Source of the DNA: a virus
Lineage: Duplodnaviria; Caudoviricetes
Strand: one strand, 5' to 3'
Length of the DNA: 64,000 nucleotides
Virus record (IMG/VR): IMGVR_UViG_3300025875_000011
Span: 12,217-76,216 of that record
Shown here: one piece after another, positions 59,664 to 64,000 of the stretch
Layout: every line of letters starts with the position of its first letter
Numbering within the stretch: position 1 is the first letter of the stretch
Translations under genes and position numbers: made by a program
The notes under the pieces: generated by a model
What the model was told of the DNA's origin: nothing
Database searches by the model: none
The model's input: only the letters and a program-made list of their open reading frames with translations

Positions 59664-62600
59664 GTCGGCCTCCCAGGGACTCGAGGCGACAGCGCGTCGA
59701 CCTTGTCGGCCAGCTCCGACACCGCGCCCCACAGCAGCCCGATCATGGAGCCGAGGTCGACGGTCCCCGTCCGCTCGACCTCTCCCTCACCGGCCGGGTT
59801 CCCGGGCCGCTTCACCTCGTCGGGGAGGTCCTCGTGCATCGGGCCGACGTGCCAGCGGTCGGCCTTCTCGATGTCCGCGTCGTACTGCCACTTCCGCGAC
59901 GGGGCCCTACGGACGGCGGCGAGCGGACGGTCCAGGGCCTCGACGTTGTTCTTGACCCGGCTCTCCGACGACACGTCGAACCCCGAAGCCCGGATCGACT
60001 TGTAGGAGGACGCGTCAGCGTCGGTGACCATCGCGCAGTCGGAGTTCCCGGACAGCCGGATACCTACGTCGTTGCCGCTGTCGCGGCCGTAGATCAGCGC
60101 CGAGCGGGTCCCGGTGTCGTACTGGCCCCACCGCCTGATCCCGAGGGAGTTGGAGGCGATCGACACCGACTCGGCGTGGTTGGTGGTCCCCGTGTTCCTC
60201 CCGGGCTGGAGGAACAGGGTCCCCACCCCGTCACCGGTCGACGCCCCGATCTCGTTGTTGTCCATCCAGATGTGGGGTCCACCGGGCCGGCCGACGAGGA
60301 ACGGCGGGTACTCGTCGCTGTACTCGCCGTCGGACACGTTGTAGATGGCCAGGGCCGCGCGGACGGTGACGGTGTGGTCGGCGTCGGCCGGGAACACCCC
60401 GGTGTCGGCCGCGGTCGGGAACCCGCCCTTCCGGCCGCCGATGAACACGGGCCCGCCCTCAGCGTTGATCAGCACCGAGCCGTAGGTGCCGTTGAAGCGG
60501 CCCATGATCTCGTTGTTGTCGATGATGATGTTCTGCGCGGTGCTGTCGCCGAACTGGAGGCCGTGGCCGGTGGAGGTGTGGGAGGCGTCGGTCGAGTTGT
60601 AGATCCGCAGCTGCCCCAGCGACGTCATCCAGTTGCCGGTCAGCGTGGTGCCGTTGTACATCCGGAGGCCGGTGGAGTCGAACTCGACCCGGTTCCCGGC
60701 CGTCGCGGTCCGGAACCGGCCGGCCAAGATCATGTCCGCGCTGATCGTCCCGGCCGTCAGCTTGCCGACCGACATGTCCGCGATCTTGGCGTTGTTCACG
60801 GCCAGGTTGTCGATGAGCGCGTTGCTCACGGCCAGGTCCTCGATGAACGACCGGGACACGGTGTCGCGGACCTCGACGGCGTCGACCCAGTACGTCCCCG
60901 TCGTCGCGGCCCCGTCGACGGCCACGCTGATCCGGAACGACACCGCACCCACGGGCGCTGGCAGCTGGCCCGCGACCTCCTGCCACGAGTCGGTCTTGGT
61001 GAACCCCTCGACGAAGGAGGCGAACATGACCGTCCCGGCCGTGTTGACCCACTCGACGTTCAGCCGCAGCGTCCCGTTGGCCCCGGCCGAGCCCCGGTAG
61101 GCCATCCGCACGAACCGCTTCTCCCCAGGGGTGATGGGGTGAAGGTCCGGCTCGAGCTCCAGGCGACGGACGGTCCCGGCCCCCACCGACGCGTCGATGG
61201 TGGCCGACCACGTCCCGTGGAAAGCCTGGACCTGGGTGAACGTCCACGCGGTCGACGACCGGGCCGCGACCCGGGCCCGGTAGACCGCATCCTCGAACGT
61301 CCCGTCCGGAACGTAGGAGCCGATGTCCTTGTACGCGAACTGGGCGAAGGTGATCGCGTCGGGGTCGATGTCGGACCCGACGAGCCGCAGCGGGGTCGCG
61401 GTCCCCTGCTCCGACGGGTCCGACTTCAACCCTGACCGGTTCACCGCGATGAGGCGGACGTAGACGGGGATTCCGTAGGCCCGGTCGGAGATGACCCACG
61501 TCCCCGACCCGTACATGTCGCCCTGGTCGGTGGTGGCGTCGGGGGTGAACTGGGAGGTGGGGGAGGCGTGGACCTCGACGTGGTCGAAGTTCGCCGGCCA
61601 CACCCCGAACGCGGGCAGGCCGTCCCACTTCACCGTCAGCGTCCCGAGCCGGTTCGTCACGGTCGGGGTGCTCGGGGCCTGCGGCGGGGTGACGTCGCTC
61701 GCCATCCCGTGGTCCACCTCAGCCGACAGGGCCGACCGGTTCCCCGACTTGTCGACGGCCCGGACCGCGAACGTCCAGTTCGACCCGGCCGGGTAGGCCG
61801 GGAGCGCGCTGGTGCTCGTCGCGGGGGTGACGAACACCTGCTCCATGCTCGTCGGCAGGGCCGCGTACGGGCGCTGGAGGATCTCGAAGTAGTCGAGGTC
61901 CAGGCACGGCGTCCCGTCGACGTTGAAGTCCGGAGCGACCCACGACAGGGTGACCGCAGCGGAGACGTAGCCACCGTCGGCCATGAACGGCAGCGACGAC
62001 ACCAGCAGGTGCGTGGGGGCGGTCGGGGCGATGCTGTCGCGGCCCGAGTCTGGAGGGTCGGTCGGGGCTGGAGCGTTCCCCGACGCGCCGTTCGTGATCC
62101 CGTTGATCCGGCGAGCAGCGCGGACCTCAGCCTCGAGGAACCGGTCGTTGAGGACGACGGCCCCAGCCATCGCTCCCGCAGCGTCTCGGGTGATCGTCAG
62201 CTGGCGGATGCGGAGCCGCTCAGGAAGGGCCCCGGAGACCGTCGACCACACCCAGTCGCCGTTGTCGTACCCGAAGAACGGGAGGGCCTTGGCGCGGACG
62301 AAGTCGATCGTGCGGGTGAACTCGGCCCGGACCTGGGACCGGCCCTCGAGTTCGGACTGGCCCAGGATCGCCATCGTCGCGGCGTCGGACACCCGACCGT
62401 CGGAGCGGGCCACTTCCTGGCGGCCCCACGGGGTGACGGCCTGCGCGTTGCGCGTCTCGTAGAAGTTGGCCTCGTCGCCGGCCACGAGGACGTAGTCGGC
62501 CAGGTTGTCCCACGTCCGCTTCCGCGCGGCCTCGCGCAGGTCTCGACCGGCTCGCAGCGTCACCGGCGACGGGCCCACCGTCAGGTCCGAGCCGAGGGTC

Positions 62601-63616
62601 TCGTAGTTGTAGACGTACAGGTCCCGGCCGCGCATCTCGAACTCGATGAAGCCCTGGTCGACGAGGTCGAGCAGCACGGTGAGGTAGTCCAGGCCGGGGG
62701 CGTAGTAGATCGTGAGGACCTGCGACCAGGGGGCCCCGTTGGAGTCGGTCGTGTTCGACCACGACGCGTGCCCGATCCCCTTGAGCGCGGGCTGGCCGTC
62801 GAGGGAGAACCGGGCCTGGGCCTCGTTGAAGAGCGTCTTGAGGATGACGCCGGGGGTGGCCGACAGGAACGCGCGCTTCCCGTCCGGGCGGGCCAGGACC
62901 TGCTTCTCCCCGAGGTGGCCCTGGACGTACGCGGGCAGGACGCGGGCCTTCTTCAACCGGGACACGTACCCGAGGCAGTCGATGTCGCTCAGGTCGGTCG
63001 GGTCCAACTGGTCGAGGCTGTCCTGGGTGTAGACGTAGCGCGCGTTCGGCGGCTCGTACCAGGTGACGCCGTCGTCGGGGGTGACCTCCAGCGCGATCTC
63101 GCACGGCTTCCCGAGCAGCTCGGCCTTCGGGGCGCGGGGGTGGTAGTTGAACCGCATCGACGGGACGTCGCAGAACGGCAGCGCAGCCTGGACCGCCGTC
63201 GGGGACGGGAGCGGACCCATGTCGGCTCCCACCGGCGCGTAGACCCGCAGCCGGACCCCGGCCGACGCGGTCGGGCTCCCCAACCGCAGCGTCTGCCACA
63301 CGACGACTCTCGTCGCGGTGGCCCACGCGGCCGTACGCCACGACGTGGGGCGGGTCGACGGGGCCACGGGGACCCGGACGGTCCACAGCGTCGAGCGGGT
63401 CGCGGTGGACCGCCCTGCCACTCTCCACGCGATGGCCCGCGAGATCGTCGCGGTCGGAGCGGGGGCTGAGGCGACGGACCACGACGCGGACCGGGCGGTG
63501 GTCGCGGTCCCGCCCGAGGTCCACGTCGTGGCCCGCGTCGTGGTGACCTGGGAGGTGGTCAGCGTCGGGGTGGAGTAGCCCGCGGTGTAGCCCTGGCCGT
63601 ACCCGGTGACGGCCAT
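59660..63616 (-). CDS. Large minor tail protein (baseplate hub/central fibre) with FN3 repeats and a C-terminal S74 intramolecular chaperone
   Basis: Tail-hub N-terminus; two FN3-like units (VRAVDKSGNRS, VRLIAVNRSGLKS); carbohydrate-binding-like module; SSESRVKNNV...HVGPMHEDL...DLGSMIGLLWGAVSEL. Confidence 0.9.
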   Translation of the reverse strand: MAVTGYGQGYTAGYSTPTLTTSQVTTTRATTWTSGGTATTARSASWSVASAPAPTATISRAIAWRVAGRSTATRSTLWTVRVPVAPSTRPTSWRTAAWATATRVVVWQTLRLGSPTASAGVRLRVYAPVGADMGPLPSPTAVQAALPFCDVPSMRFNYHPRAPKAELLGKPCEIALEVTPDDGVTWYEPPNARYVYTQDSLDQLDPTDLSDIDCLGYVSRLKKARVLPAYVQGHLGEKQVLARPDGKRAFLSATPGVILKTLFNEAQARFSLDGQPALKGIGHASWSNTTDSNGAPWSQVLTIYYAPGLDYLTVLLDLVDQGFIEFEMRGRDLYVYNYETLGSDLTVGPSPVTLRAGRDLREAARKRTWDNLADYVLVAGDEANFYETRNAQAVTPWGRQEVARSDGRVSDAATMAILGQSELEGRSQVRAEFTRTIDFVRAKALPFFGYDNGDWVWSTVSGALPERLRIRQLTITRDAAGAMAGAVVLNDRFLEAEVRAARRINGITNGASGNAPAPTDPPDSGRDSIAPTAPTHLLVSSLPFMADGGYVSAAVTLSWVAPDFNVDGTPCLDLDYFEILQRPYAALPTSMEQVFVTPATSTSALPAYPAGSNWTFAVRAVDKSGNRSALSAEVDHGMASDVTPPQAPSTPTVTNRLGTLTVKWDGLPAFGVWPANFDHVEVHASPTSQFTPDATTDQGDMYGSGTWVISDRAYGIPVYVRLIAVNRSGLKSDPSEQGTATPLRLVGSDIDPDAITFAQFAYKDIGSYVPDGTFEDAVYRARVAARSSTAWTFTQVQAFHGTWSATIDASVGAGTVRRLELEPDLHPITPGEKRFVRMAYRGSAGANGTLRLNVEWVNTAGTVMFASFVEGFTKTDSWQEVAGQLPAPVGAVSFRISVAVDGAATTGTYWVDAVEVRDTVSRSFIEDLAVSNALIDNLAVNNAKIADMSVGKLTAGTISADMILAGRFRTATAGNRVEFDSTGLRMYNGTTLTGNWMTSLGQLRIYNSTDASHTSTGHGLQFGDSTAQNIIIDNNEIMGRFNGTYGSVLINAEGGPVFIGGRKGGFPTAADTGVFPADADHTVTVRAALAIYNVSDGEYSDEYPPFLVGRPGGPHIWMDNNEIGASTGDGVGTLFLQPGRNTGTTNHAESVSIASNSLGIRRWGQYDTGTRSALIYGRDSGNDVGIRLSGNSDCAMVTDADASSYKSIRASGFDVSSESRVKNNVEALDRPLAAVRRAPSRKWQYDADIEKADRWHVGPMHEDLPDEVKRPGNPAGEGEVERTGTVDLGSMIGLLWGAVSELADKVDALSPRVPGRPT

Positions 63617-64000
63617 TACTGGAGGTACTTCCGCCGAGCTCGGACCGAGATGGCCGTGGCCGAGGTGAACCCGGCCCCCGACACGGTGACGCGGACCGTC
63701 CGCGCCCCGGCGACGTAGGACGGGACGAGGCGCAGGAACCGGGCGTTCCCGCCGCCGCTCTCGGTGTACGGGTCCCCGCTCGACCCGGACGTGTCAGCGG
63801 ACCCGAGCGACAGCCCCGTCCCGTACTGGGTGGCCCACGTCCCGCAGTTCAGCCGCCACGACTCCCCGGCCGCGAGGACCCGGTTGAGTTTGACGTAGGC
63901 CGACGTCGTCACGTCGGTGACGACCGGGTTGTTCGCCGGCCCGGTGACGAGCACGACCGCGTCCGACACCGGCGCGTTCCCACCGGTCAGCGGCGGGACC
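63616..64000 (-). CDS. Distal tail-type minor tail protein, C-terminal part (runs off the window)
   Basis: Frame stays open to 64000 (VPPLTGGNAPVSDAVVLVTGPANNPVV...); ends ARRKYLQ, TAATG-coupled to the hub gene. Confidence 0.75.
   Translation of the reverse strand, partial: VPPLTGGNAPVSDAVVLVTGPANNPVVTDVTTSAYVKLNRVLAAGESWRLNCGTWATQYGTGLSLGSADTSGSSGDPYTESGGGNARFLRLVPSYVAGARTVRVTVSGAGFTSATAISVRARRKYLQ

Noticed and set aside
1-64000. tRNA/tmRNA genes
   Set aside because: No T-loop GTTCRANYC with cloverleaf context was found by eye in the intergenic regions; tRNAscan/ARAGORN was not run.

Overview
This window is most of a high-GC, actinobacterial, siphovirus-like phage genome. It starts inside the portal gene, ends inside a distal-tail gene, and has no capsid, tail-tube or tape-measure genes, so those must lie outside it. 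Modules, left to right: (1) 1-3.5 kb (-): portal, TerL, P27-type TerS. (2) 3.7-10.4 kb (-): 7-deazaguanine DNA-modification cluster (FolE, QueE, QueD, an extra QueD-like T-fold protein, DpdA transglycosylase, ParB-like protein) with no QueC. (3) 10.4-11.4 kb: non-coding repeat region with a candidate cos site. (4) 11.4-20.8 kb (+): about 16 small unknown genes, most in cassette-like units of hairpin, promoter and (CCA)n-GGAGG RBS, plus a cluster of polar ACCGCGCCTG repeats. (5) 20.9-24.2 kb (-): ECF sigma factor, HNH, SNase-like nuclease, Zn-finger/HTH regulator. (6) 24.2-30.1 kb (-): conjugation-like module made of an FtsK/SpoIIIE (TraB-like) ATPase fused to a GIY-YIG domain, a membrane-anchored SLT/EEP/peptidase protein and small membrane proteins, next to a ~180-bp inverted repeat. 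(7) 30.2-47.3 kb (-): secreted PLD and GDPD, LacI-type HTH, ParB, DnaB, replication initiator, VRR-NUC, HNH, Rad52/Sak. (8) 47.4-49.2 kb (+): small operon. (9) 49.3-64 kb (-): a 35-aa secreted peptide, lysis cassette and tail/receptor-binding genes. I saw no integrase, tRNA, CRISPR array, relaxase or VirB4. The best candidates for new biology are the TraB-like transfer module inside a tailed cos phage, the QueC-less deazaguanine pathway with an extra T-fold enzyme, the cassette and motif architecture of the early module, and the small secreted peptide. All functional calls come from motif recognition by eye; no database searches were run.
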